A stretch of DNA of 63,297 nt, the filler included, from Octopus bimaculoides (taxonomy: Eukaryota): the NCBI RefSeq assembly GCF_001194135.2. It is 10 parts of 8 records of this genome, joined end to end, with 100 filler letters (N's around TTAATTAATTAA, not from the genome) between each part and the next. Parts side by side here need not be neighbours in the genome. Positions count along the whole stretch, not along the records: positions 38,745 to 41,609 come from NC_068991.1; positions 41,710 to 51,541 come from NC_068981.1; 8 more parts are not named here. One strand, 5' to 3'. A program made the translations under genes and the position numbers. Below the pieces are notes generated by a model, which did no database searches, was not told the DNA's origin, and was given only the letters and a program-made list of their open reading frames with translations. Below are positions 38,788 through 50,656 of the stretch, piece after piece; the stretch's first letter is position 1; every line of letters begins with the position of its first letter.

Positions 38788-38950
38788 CTATAGATGTGAA
38801 TATATATGTATATAATGTGTGTGTGTTTATATGAGCATACAGGCATATATGTGTGTGTATATGTATATCTATATATCTATATATATATTTCTATAGATGT
38901 GAATATATATGTATATAATGTGTGTGTTTATATGAGCATACAGGCATATA
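38785..38950. repeat. Local ~100-bp tandem duplication in TA/TG-rich DNA
   Basis: tttctatagatgtgaatatatatgtatataatgtgtg...tttatatgagcatacaggcatata occurs twice. Confidence 0.8.
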
Positions 38951-40767
38951 CGTATGCATTCATAATTATATATAATGTATAATATTATATATATAGATAT
39001 GTATATATATATATATATATATATTATATGTTATACATGTTATATATATATATATATATATAATGCATATAACGTGGCATGCAATTATTCCGTAAGTCCA
39101 TAAATCCTTCAGGTGAAAAGTCTTGCGACCGTCTATGTCTGAGAACACTTGTATGTCCGCCACCAAGTTTCAAAGTGGTTAAATTTGTATGGGCGATCAG
39201 CAGGGACGATACACCCACTCTTTGGTCATTGAGATCCATGCTTGCAGACTAATCGACGTGAAGGGCAAGGACGGACACAGCTTGGTAATATTGTCGTAAA
39301 AACTAGCAGAACAATGGTAAAGTTTAGCGCCAGACTCCCTAAGGGACTCTAGCTTCTGATTTGTTATTGATTAAATCGATACCAATACGTGACTGATACT
39401 TATAAATATTTCTTTTCACGAATGTAGAGGAACAAAAGGCAAATTTTACTTCACCTCCATTTGAACGTAAATCGTAAAATCGGAACAAAGCGTCCGATGC
39501 CCGAAACGTTGTTCCATCGGTCGCCCATACTTGCAAAACTACATAAACACGTATACACAAGCAGCTTACATACATACACACACTAATGCATAGGTCCATT
39601 TATATGTGCATACATCAGGATTTCCTCACATTATGTAAATATTTCTTTATACATGACTATCCATTTGTCAGTGTCTGGCTGTCTATCTATCTATCTACAA
39701 ATAGATAGATACACACACGCACACGCACACGCACACGCACACGCACACGCACACGCACGCGCGCGCGCGCACGTGTGTGAGTATGTGTGTATATATATGT
39801 GTGCGTGTGTACATATATATAGACATACATACATTCCCGGACGCACACAAACAGACACATTATCGAATATTTCTACAGTAGTTTCTCAAGAGTCTCGACT
39901 GTCGTGCCAAGTTTGTAAAACACTTTGAGGAGAAAGTTCTTTTTGTGTCAGTTCTGTAGTTAATTTTCCCCAGAAAAGTTTTTATATACTCTATTTTATG
40001 TAGTGAGTTCTTTTTGTTGTATTTGTAAAACCAAACGTAAATATGTACCCCCTGTTGGTGAGGTGAGGGAGATAGAGAGAGAGAGAGAGAAAGAGTATAT
40101 GAATGTGTGAATGTTTGAGTGTATGTGCCTGTGTGCCTATAATGATAAAGATATATTCTTAAACATTTAAGTGTGTGTGGGTGTATGTTTTATATAAAGT
40201 TGTATTTATTTTTAGCAATGATTACTAAAACTCTCATTAAACTATAATCGTGCCATATGTGGTCTGCTTCTCTTTTCTTCTGTCCATCTACACATACATA
40301 CGTACACAAACACACATATATACATATATATACAAGTATATTTATATATATATATATATATATATACACATACACATACAGCTCTATATACACATATGCG
40401 TGTGTGAACCAAGTAATGCGAACGAGTTTAAATTGTTAGCATCTTCTCTGCCATCGCCAATTAGTTGAGTTTCCGATGTCGTGGTGAGCAAGCAGCATCG
40501 TCTGAGCTCATTCACCGAGCAAAGTTTATCCATGATAAGATAAATGGAGGGAGAGGTGACCGCATCATCACCACCTGGTTTGAGCGCGTTGCAGCTGGTT
40601 AAACTTGATCAACCTAGGTTGAACTGTCCTGGTTAACGATACAATCAGCCCACCGGACCAGAGATCAAATCCATGAACTTACCAACGTGAGTTTAATAGC
40701 CCCAATCAGCAGGCGACGCTCACTCAGACATACACACACTCATACACACAGAGCATAAGAAGAATGT

Positions 40768-40843
<76 letters not shown>

Positions 40844-41061
40844 ATATAACAAAGTTAAGAGTGAGGGGTTATCAATCGGGGCAAAACACTTTGTAAGCTC
40901 TCTGTCAGCACACCAGGCTAACAATATTATTTAGATTAGTAAAGAACTCCACATATTCTTGTGGCAGGAATTCAGGTTATCGTCCATCACCATTCTATAT
41001 TCTTGAATCCGCGATTATGCTCCAGTCATACTTATTATACAGTGATATGAAGAGAAGGTAT

Positions 41062-41244
41062 AAATTATGGTCGTTGTATACTTATCGTTTTTGTAGTAAA
41101 TTTGACTTACGTCTGTTTCCAATAGTTAGTTTTCAACCGATCAACGGACCAATTGAGTAAACCTATCAATAACGAACCTATGACTACAGGAAACAGATGT
41201 AAGTCAAATTTACAACAAAGGAAAACGTGTAATGACCATTATTT
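41062..41244. mobile_element. MITE with ~55-bp imperfect TIRs
   Basis: Core tttgacttacgtctgtttcc (41101-41120) matches the reverse complement of ggaaacagatgtaagtcaaa at 19/20; outer aaattatggtc / gaccattattt. Confidence 0.7.
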
Positions 41245-41398
41245 ACATCTTATATGTATACATGTACATTTGTGTGTGTGTGTATGTGTGTATGTGTATA
41301 TATATGGTGCACCAGCATGACCGCAGCCACTTGGCTGAAACACATAAATAAATAAATAAATACGTATATATATATACATACATACATATATATATATA

Positions 41399-41399
<1 letters not shown>

Positions 41400-41459
<60 letters not shown>

Positions 41460-41480
41460 ATTTCTTTCTCTCTCTCTTTC

Positions 41481-41513
<33 letters not shown>

Positions 41514-41528
41514 ATCTCTTTCTCTCTT

Positions 41529-41609
<81 letters not shown>

Positions 41610-41610
41610 N
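41400..41610. repeat. (CT)n/(CTTT) and (TA)n microsatellite
   Basis: Seen directly. Confidence 0.95.
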
Positions 41611-41709
41611 NNNNNNNNNNNNNNNNNNNNNNNNNNNNNNNNNNNNNNNNNNNTTAATTAATTAANNNNNNNNNNNNNNNNNNNNNNNNNNNNNNNNNNN
41701 NNNNNNNNN

Positions 41710-41760
<51 letters not shown>

Positions 41761-41762
<2 letters not shown>

Positions 41763-41925
41763 CGACGGGCTTCTTTCAGTTTCTGTCTAGAAAATTCACT
41801 CACAAGGCTTTCGTCGGCCCGAGGCTAGAGTAGAAGACACTTGTCGAAGGTCCCACGCAATGGGACTGAACCCGGAACTATGTGGTTGGGAAGCAAGCTT
41901 CTTACCATACAGCCACTCCTGTGCC
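41761..41925 (-). mobile_element. SINE family A head
   Basis: acgacgggcttctttcagttt...cttaccatacagccactcctgtgcct. Confidence 0.9.
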
Positions 41926-41929
41926 TACG

Positions 41930-43946
41930 ATTTACAAATATCTTCAAAATTTCTCCTGTAATTTCAAACTTGCTGAAGCACAACATGTCAGTGTGGAATA
42001 CCAATCTCCAGCTATATCAATCTAATGGAGTACTGACTTCAAATAATATTAATTTCAACTGTGGTATTTTCCAAGGTGACTCACTTTCACCTTTAGTTTT
42101 TGCATAGCCCTAATACCCTTTACAAGTGAACTTTACAGAACAGGGTATGGATATAAAATTGGCAACAAGAAAATAATTCATCTATTCTATATGGATGACT
42201 TAAAACTCTATATCAAAGACAATAATGATCTTGAAGGACTACTACGTACTGTGAAAGCATACAGTGATGACATCAGGATGGAATTTGGTCTCGACAAATG
42301 TACAAAGGCCACTTTTCAGAAAGGGAAATTGAAGACCTCACATTCAGTAGTATTTGATGTTGACACAGTTATAAAAGAACTCGAGCAGAAACAAACTTAC
42401 AAATACCTTGGAATAAATGAGGGCTCTGGCATTCAGCATGCAAGCATCAAAGAGAAGATCAGAAAAGAATGTTACAGGAGAGTTCGAGCAGTCCTGAAAT
42501 CCGAGTTAAATACACGTAACAAGGTGTTAGCCATAAATTCCTTCGCAGTTCCAGTTGTTATTTACAGTTTCAATGTGTTGAACTGGAATATCAGCGAAAT
42601 AAAGCAAATTGACAGGAAAATCCGTAAGCTGCTGACTTACAATAAGATGCATCACCCAAAGGCAGACGCATATCGGCTTTACCTTCCCAGAACCCAAGGA
42701 AATCGAGCTTGATCCAATTTGAAATCTGTTAGAAAACCACCACAATTGGATTGGCCAAATATCTTGAAACATCTAACGACTGAATGCTAAAGCTCGTTGA
42801 AAACCACAAGCGACATAAGAAGCTTCATTTTGTCTTGAAGGAGAGCAAAAAATCTGCCTGTGAGTTGATGCATAACACCTAAGTTGAGCAGAATGGTGGA
42901 AGTGAAGCAACTGTTGTTGCAAAAAAGGTGAAATCAATGGTAAAGGAAAAAGCGTTTGAATACCTGGTTGATAGTTGGGAGCATAAACCTCTGCATGGCA
43001 AATATGTGGCCCGTAACAAACAAGCTTATGTATACCAGAAGTACACTCTTCAGTGGCTACAGAACTCAGGGCTAAAGGCAGAGAGCGAAGGCTTTATTTT
43101 AGCTGCTCAAGATCAGAGCTTATTGACCCGTAATTACTAAGCCAATGTGAGGGAAAATGGAGTAGACCCAAAGTGCCGAAACTGCACTGAGATTGAAACA
43201 GTAGACCACCTAATTTCTGGATGTAAAGTATTAGAGTATAAATCAAGACGTGATAGTCGGCCAATATCTACACTGGCTAATATGTCGGCATTATAAAATC
43301 AAAACTGCTGACAAATGGTACAAGCACCACCCTGAGGCTGTAACTATTCTTTGAGACTTTCCCGTATGTACAGACCGGACCATCAAAGCTAATGTACCAG
43401 ATATTGTTGTGAAAGACAAAAGCAATAAAGTCTGTTTATTGATTGACACGAGCATACTCTGTGACCATAATATCTCGGCAAAAGAATTTGATAAGCTCAG
43501 AAAATATAAAGATTTGCTAATCTAAATCGAAAAGATGTGGCATCTCAAGACGGTTACAATACCAGTGGAATGTAGGAATACTTGTAATGATCAAAACAAG
43601 GAACTGAAAATTATTTAAGAATGATACCTGGCTTACCATCCGTGTAAGAGTTACAAAAGATTGTTTTAACTGGTTCGTCACACGTATTGAAAAGAGCATT
43701 GTTGTTGTAAATTTTCTTTCCTTTTTTCCCCTTTATTTTTTTGTTTTCTTTTTCTTACATTTTTTCCTATTTAAAAATATTTTCTTCTTTCCTTTATCTT
43801 TTTGTCCCTTTTTTCAGTCACATGACTTTGTAATTGAACAATCTGGTGTCTTTATTTTAATGTCCTGCCAGTGTATACAGTAAATTTCTTCGCCCTAGGT
43901 GTCGAGAAGACACTCTGCAAGGAATGGAAACAAAATTGAAAAAGAG

Positions 43947-44005
<59 letters not shown>

Positions 44006-44010
44006 TAATA
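41930..44010 (+). mobile_element. R4/Dong-like RLE non-LTR retrotransposon, 5'-truncated and disrupted, with (AAT)n tail
   Basis: GIFQGDSLSPL, FYMDDLKLY, MEFGLDKC, YKYLG, HHPKADAYRLYLPR, KPLHGKY, ESEGFILAAQDQSLLTRNY, CRNC..ETVDHLISGC and ANVPDIVVKDK...KEFDKLRKYKDL, with stops and frameshifts; (AAT)n at ~43950-44010. Confidence 0.93.
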
Positions 44011-44131
44011 AAGCAAGTGAAAACACATACGTAGTACACACACACATACATACATACATATATATATATATGTTTACATATATATTTGTATTTATATACA
44101 TACACACGTACATGTGTGTGCGCGCGCGCGT

Positions 44132-44570
44132 ACAGCAGGGACACTTCGGAAAATTCCTGGAATGGTGTCTAACCATTCTTAATAATTCAGAACTTTCGTT
44201 TTTAGAAGGTACGTCGTTTAACGACTACAATGACAATCTATCAAACACCGGAGGAGTAAAGAAATGGTGAGTGGGTTATATAAACGTGTCTTTGAAACAG
44301 TTTGGCATCAACCTGTGTTTGTCAAAGAGACCTTGCGAATATGTTATTATTTTTTTACTGCAAAATGATTCAAGAAATGAGAGGAGTACAGTTATACGAT
44401 GCCAAGCCATGAATTAAACAATATTACTGTTCCGTTATAGACAAATTTGGCAAGAGATAGACACAATAGACTTTTCCCCTTTCATGTCAACTTTAAACAA
44501 ACTAGTTAATTATTTCTATTGATTACAAATTTACTATTTCTCAAGGGTAATGGCGAAGTGTAACCATCAC
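44132..44570 (+). mobile_element. Possible mariner 5' end remnant
   Basis: TA followed by a TIR-like cagcagggacacttcggaaaattcctggaatg, and a later ITNLLFLKG resembling the mariner N-terminal VIKFLxLKG motif. Confidence 0.35.
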
Positions 44571-45065
44571 TTTGAGGGCTAAAATAGATCAATAGTCTCT
44601 AGTAAAGAACTATCTTGTAGAGACAGAGACATAATCACACACAAACATTATATATATACACGCACACATAATAACATAAATATATATATATATATATATA
44701 NNNNNNNNNNNNNNNNNNNNNNNNNNNNNNNNNNNNNNNNNNNNNNNNNNNNNNNNNNNNNNNNNNNNNNNNNNNNNNNNNNNNNNNNNNNNNNNNNNNN
44801 NNNNNNNNNNNNNNNNNNNNNNNNNNNNNNNNNNNNNNNNNNNNNNNNNNNNNNNNNNNNNNNNNNNNNNNNNNNNNNNNNNNNNNNNNNNNNNNNNNNN
44901 NNNNNNNNNNNNNNNNNNNNNNNNNNNNNNNNNNNNNNNNNNNNNNNNNNNNNNNNNNNNNNNNNNNNNNNNNNNNNNNNNNNNNNNNNNNNNNNNNNNN
45001 NNNNNNNNNNNNNNNNNNNNNNNNNNNNNNNNNNNNNNNNNNNNATATATATATTTATATGCGCG

Positions 45066-45443
45066 GGAGTGGCTGTGTGGTAAGTAGCTTGCTTCCGAAC
45101 CACATGGTTCTGGGTTCAGTCCCACTGTGTGGTACCTTGGATAAGTGTCTTCTACTAGAGCCTCGGGCCGACCAAAGCTTCGTGAGTGGATTTGGTAGAC
45201 GGAAACTGAAAGAAATTCGTTGTATATGTATGTATGTATGTGTGTGTGTATGTTTGTATGTCTGTGTTTGTCCCCCCCACATAGCTTGACAACTAGTGTG
45301 TTTACATCCCTGTAACTTAGAGGTTCGGCAAAATAGACCGATAGAATAAGTACCAGGCTTACAAAGAATAAATCCTGGGGTCGATTTGCTCGACTAAAGG
45401 TGCTCCAGCATGGCCACAGTCAAATGACTGAAGCAAGTAAAAG
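45066..45443 (+). mobile_element. SINE family A, near full length
   Basis: ggagtggctgtgtggtaag (A-box-like)...gggttcagtccc (B-box-like)...(TATG/TG)n...ccagcatggccacagtcaaatgactgaa. Confidence 0.92.
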
Positions 45444-45449
45444 TGTAAT

Positions 45450-45692
45450 CATAAACTTCAATTAGCGCTTTCATACGTTCGTAGTAATCATCAGATTTGA
45501 AAATGTATTTAACTGACAGTTGAGTTCTTGACAACTGTAGTACCTCTTAGAATGCTCCAACAAGTTGAATTTTTGGAATACGGTTTGACCAAATCAAATA
45601 CAGCTTAAACGTCACGGTTTAACTGTCAGTTAAATACATTTTGAAATCTGATGATTACTACGAACGTATGAAAGCGCTAATTGAATTTTATG
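45450..45692. mobile_element. Foldback element, 72-bp arms, 99-nt spacer
   Basis: 45450-45521 matches the reverse complement of 45621-45692 at 70/72. Confidence 0.9.
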
Positions 45693-46171
45693 AACATCAA
45701 AATATTTTTTTAATGTTAAGATACCATAATAAAAAACGTGAAAACCAGACAATGTTTTAACTTTATTCAACTGATATATATATATATCAATATTTCAATA
45801 TTGATATATTAATATTTTATATTCAATATTTCATTTATTCAATAAGACATTCACTACTTCATTTCATTTTACTATATATACTAATACTATATATTCCATA
45901 TTCTATATCCCAGGTTAATTTTATAAGAATATAGATAAAAGATAGAAAACAGACAGAGTTGGAATTCTTTTGAATAATATATATATAAGAGGTGAAGACC
46001 GATATTCTTCAAAGGGATGTCAAACATCCAAGTAAAGAATATATATAAAATACATATTCAGTATTTGCAAAAACAGGAAAGGAAGTATAAGGAAAGGAAA
46101 AAAATTGTAAGTGTAGACGAACTTTAATTCAATTTAAATCCAAGTTGGTACAGAACCGATATACATTCTAC

Positions 46172-46261
46172 ATTCTACAAATTATTTCGGAGTCTAATTC
46201 ATTCCAAAGACAAAGACGAAAAGCTTTTCATGAAATACAAATTAGATTCCTCATCAGGAAT
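46172..46261 (-). ncRNA. Type I hammerhead ribozyme motif (core intact)
   Basis: Minus strand: AUUC CUGAUGA GGAAUCUAAUU [40 nt] AAUUAGACUCC GAAA UAAUUUG UA GAAU. Stem I is AUUC/GAAU, stem II pairs 10 of 11, and the predicted GUA cleavage lies between 46176 and 46175. Folded by hand. Confidence 0.65.
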
Positions 46262-46330
46262 TACATACGTCTAGGCTACGAAAGGTCTTTGTATATTTTT
46301 GTTGGTCGCAATTATTCATACTAGTATGTA

Positions 46331-46420
46331 ATTCCTGATGAGGAATTTAATTTGTATTTCATGAAGAGTTTTTCGTCTCTATCTTTGGAATTAATTAGAC
46401 TCCGAAGCAATTTGTAGAAT
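46331..46420 (+). ncRNA. Type I hammerhead ribozyme motif (GAAA mutated to GAAG, likely impaired)
   Basis: AUUC CUGAUGA GGAAUUUAAUU [40 nt] AAUUAGACUCC GAAG CAAUUUG UA GAAU. Confidence 0.55.
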
Positions 46421-46493
46421 GTGTATTGGTTCTGTACCAACTTGAATTTGAATTGAATTAAAGTTCGTCTACACTTACAATTTTTTCCTCTCC

Positions 46494-46566
<73 letters not shown>

Positions 46567-46771
46567 NNNNNNNNNNNNNNNNNNNNNNNNNNNNNNNNNN
46601 NNNNNNNNNNNNNNNNNNNNNNNNNNNNNNNNNNNNNNNNNNNNNNNNNNNNNNNNNNNNNNNNNNNNNNNNNNNNNNNNNNNNNNNNNNNNNNNNNNNN
46701 NNNNNNNNNNNNNNNNNNNNNNNNNNNNNNNNNNNNNNNNNNNNNNNNNNNNNNNNNNNNNNNNNNNNNNN

Positions 46772-46926
46772 CAAGAACTCATCGATGAAAATCCACTATC
46801 ACATATAGAAAAATTAATAATTAAAAGCACAATAAATGAGTATAATATAAAGTAAAGTAAATATCATAAGATAAATATAATATAATATAATATATGTGAT
46901 AGTGGATTTTCATCGATGAGTTCTTG
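46772..46926. repeat. Perfect 36-bp inverted repeat with an AT-rich spacer
   Basis: caagaactcatcgatgaaaatccactatcacatata (46772-46807) is the exact reverse complement of 46891-46926. The left arm abuts a gap. Confidence 0.8.
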
Positions 46927-47680
46927 AAAATTGGTTATTTTCCCTAAAACTATATATATACATATACATATATATAATCTACCCATCCATCCACCTTTCC
47001 GTCTGTTATTAAATTAATCACCCACTCTGTCAACCCATCCATCCGTCCGTTCGTCCGTTCGTCCGTTTGTTTGTCTGTCTAGCTAGGTTGATATAGAGAT
47101 ATCCATAGATACGTATGTATATATGTGTCTAGATGTATGTGTATATATATATATTGTACATATATATGAGCGAGAACATATATATGTATGTAGATGTACA
47201 TATGCATACATATGTTTATATAGTTAGTTACATATGTGTGAATATATGTACACAGAAGATGTTTGTATCATATGTGTATATGATATCTCTATCATATGTG
47301 AATCCGTATATATATTTAAAGAGAGAGAGAGAGAGAGTGGGGAAAGAGTGATACACAGACAGAAAGATAGAGAATTTCGTTATACAAACTAAACATTCAT
47401 AATTCAACAGCTGAGACACATTAAAATAAATTCACGAATGTACTTTAAATAAACAAACATGTATTTACATATCGTGTTGATTCTCCTGTTTTCAGTAACC
47501 CATACCAACATAGGTCAGACTAAATGTTGATCTACCTTGTAATATATTTCTTATTGATTCGCAAATACGCAAATACACACACGTGTATACATATCTATCT
47601 ATCTGTCTGTCAGTCTACGTTATGTATGCGAGGAAAAAATAATACCAAAATTTTTCTAGATTCCTGTTTTGTTATGTATG

Positions 47681-47726
<46 letters not shown>

Positions 47727-48029
47727 NNNNNNNNNNNNNNNNNNNNNNNNNNNNNNNNNNNNNNNNNNNNNNNNNNNNNNNNNNNNNNNNNNNNNNNNNN
47801 NNNNNNNNNNNNNNNNNNNNNNNNNNNNNNNNNNNNNNNNNNNNNNNNTATATATATATATATATATATATATGATGTTTGTTTAAATTTGTTTGTGAAT
47901 GTGCGTGTATGTATCAAGATCATATTTCAGCAGTGCAGACATTTGTATAATAAGGTACCAGGATAACAATCGATATAAGAAGGAATACTGTATACGTATT
48001 CAACAAGAAACAACCAGTTTGAAACGACC

Positions 48030-48225
48030 AGAAACGAAAACATCATTTGATATTGTTTCCCATTAACATCGATACTGAAATATTATTAACAAGGGACAAT
48101 CTCTCATTAACAAACAATTTTCAAAACCCAAACTTCCATCGATTCCTTAACAGAAATAATATGCAGTTAAGCTTTAGCTGCATACGAAACTATTCCAGTA
48201 TAATATACGCACGTAATGTTGTGAG
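48030..48225 (+). mobile_element. Penelope-like element ORF fragment (RT to GIY-YIG linker region)
   Basis: RKRKHHLILFP...NFHRFLNRNNMQLSFSCIRNYSSIIYARN resembles the PLE consensus RKR..IWFNPP...LHKIFNRN..K.SYSC.PN...II..HN as I recall it. Confidence 0.6.
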
Positions 48226-49467
48226 AAAGTAAGTAACGGAGTCTCTACATGGATGCACGCTCTAAAAGAAACAGCAGGCAAATCTTCCTCAAATTACACT
48301 TTCTTTAAATTTTTAAATAGGATACATTACTTAACGTAGTTTTAGATATCCCTAAAAAGACGGGTTGCGTCGGACTATTTCCCCTTTGATCATAGTTTTG
48401 CTCAGTCTAAGTGTGTCTGAGGCAAAACATCTTCACTAACATCAGCAACACCAGTACCACTACTACCACTACCATGGTCCTAACAGTACTTGTGTTTGAT
48501 AGTCTTAAGGACACCTATCAACCTTCAGAAGTTCTGCATCTTCTATCTACATTATTTTGCAAGATAATCGTCGTTTAATGTTTCTCAACGTTTGTTATCT
48601 TGCAATCCTATTATTTTTCTATCAGTCACAGATAAATATGAAGATATAAGAATATACAAGGCAGTAGCATGTCATGTTTACATGCACTCTATAGTGTTGA
48701 TAAAGAATATTCGTTAATCAATTTAATTAATATCTTTCCTAATTGAATTTAATATATTACACTCATGGAATTATATACCAAACAAGGGGATCAAAATAGT
48801 TGTTTAAAATTCCATGAGCGCCATCTCTAATTTCATATATTAGATAACACAGTTCTGATTATGTCTTCTTTGGCGTTATAGAGTTATATGTAAAAATTTG
48901 GATTGTGAAGAACAGCTATATATTTCATAATAATCATCTGTGTAGCATAATTTAACGTATACATCTCATTGGAAGGCATGATGCTGTGGTTTTTGCCCGA
49001 AAAAAATTCTTCATAGACGCTCTGTGTTAGGAAGACTATATTTCGGAGCGATACGAACATCGTTGTAGCAGTGACTCACGAATGCGACAGTTCTGTTTCC
49101 TTCTGGAACATTGTCACTGACGTAAAGCCGGTCGTCACAAAATGTTCCCTATCCGATACACCTCGAGCAGTGAATAAAACATTCACTGGTATTGCGGAAA
49201 GCATGCCGAGCTACAATAAACTCAGTGCACCCAACAGAAATAACATTTAATCAAAATAGCCATAAGTACCATACACGACATTCTAACAACATATCTATGA
49301 AGAAATTTTCTTCAGACAAAAACTACATCATGGCTTTCAATGCTCCGAGATACGTATTGTGTCTCTCTATCGCAGCGTATCTATGAAAGGATTTTCTCTC
49401 GGATAAAGACCACAGTATCATACCTTCCTATAGTATATATACGTTAAATGCGGGGCACAGACTTTAA

Positions 49468-49694
49468 TTCAGTCCTTTAGCATTTGAACTGACCATATCT
49501 AGTCCATACATTCTACCTGTTTTAATGTTCAAATCGGCCAGATCCAACCTCTCACACCTATCCTAAGTTTGTCGTTCTAAAACTAAACAATTACATCATT
49601 GAAATCTCAAAACTACGAGATGATGTATAATTCAAAACAATGTGAATAAATAAGGTTTACATTTGACAGAATAATTTAAATGCTAAAGGGTTAA
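49468..49694. mobile_element. piggyBac-like MITE
   Basis: Right end AATGCTAAAGGG followed by TTAA (49691-49694); degenerate left end gtcctttagcattt. Homolog of 36663-36838. Confidence 0.7.
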
Positions 49695-49969
49695 GGTTAT
49701 TGCAATGGGTCTGAGACATTTTAAGCACAACCGTTTAAGCGTTCTCTATTTAAGATCAGACGTTTTAATGTTTCTCTCGCTTTCAATCTCCCTCTCTCTC
49801 AGTTTCTATCTCCCTCTATCCTCTTGCCACCCCTCTCTCTCTCTCTCAGTTTGTGTGTGAGAGCTTATTTCTCGATCTGTATGAGGGGAGGGAAAGTGTT
49901 TATGTCAATTAGCAAACTAGCTCGTTAAGAAAATCTCTATTATGTCAGTCTTGTTTAATAAATTACTAT

Positions 49970-50027
49970 GTCTCTCTTTCTCCTTCTCTCTCTCTCCCTC
50001 GCTCTCTCTCCCTCGCTCTCGCTCTCT

Positions 50028-50058
<31 letters not shown>

Positions 50059-50291
50059 GCTCTCTTTCTCTCCCTCGCTCTCTCTCTCCCTCTCGCTCTC
50101 TCTCTCCCTCTCGCTCTCTCTCTCCCTCGCGCTCTCTCCCCCTCGCTCTCTCTCTCTCTCGCTCTCTCTCTCCCTCGCTGTCTCTCCCCCCTCGCTCTCT
50201 CTCTCTCTCGCTCTCTCTCTCCCTCGCTCTCTCTCTCGTTCTCACTCTTCCTGTCTGCATGTCTGTATCTCCGAATGCTCGTGTGTGTGTA

Positions 50292-50322
<31 letters not shown>

Positions 50323-50340
50323 ACACACACACGCGCGCAC
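49970..50340. repeat. Compound (CT)n/(CTCG)/(TG)/(CG)/(CA) microsatellite
   Basis: Seen directly; source of the ERERAR and SLSLA pseudo-ORFs. Confidence 0.95.
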
Positions 50341-50656
50341 ACGTGCGTTTACCTTCAGCGCCGAGAAGTTCTGTTGCCAAAACAAAACTGAATGTTCAGG
50401 CAGCCGTGACAAATCGTCAGTATCCAAACAGATGCGCCCAAACATCTTGTGTATTTCATGCCTGAAGGTGTCATACGAAAATTGAACAAGATATTCATCG
50501 TTGTTGGTTAATTAGACATTAATTAACACAACAGCAGCAGCATGAACGATGAATGTACAAAATTCGTATAATACTGAACATTTAAGAAAATATGAACATT
50601 GATAAGGGAAGGTTTCGGATGTCTCGCTTCACTCGTAATATTATTGTCATTTATTA

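Larger units (their letters stand above)
46086..46498. mobile_element. Long foldback (~180-bp arms, ~55-nt spacer), probably inverted Penelope-like pseudo-LTRs
   Basis: 46086-46268 and 46324-46498 are inverted homologs with scattered substitutions and a 7-bp tandem duplication in the left arm. Each arm contains a hammerhead core. Confidence 0.85.

Noticed and set aside
39481-39515. gcccgaaacgtt within a ggaacaa/ttgttcc stem
   Set aside because: It lacks CUGANGA, so it is not a hammerhead.
45066-45130. tRNA gene-like heads (A/B boxes) here and in other SINE copies
   Set aside because: They continue into SINE bodies and do not form complete cloverleaves, so they are SINE heads and not tRNA genes.
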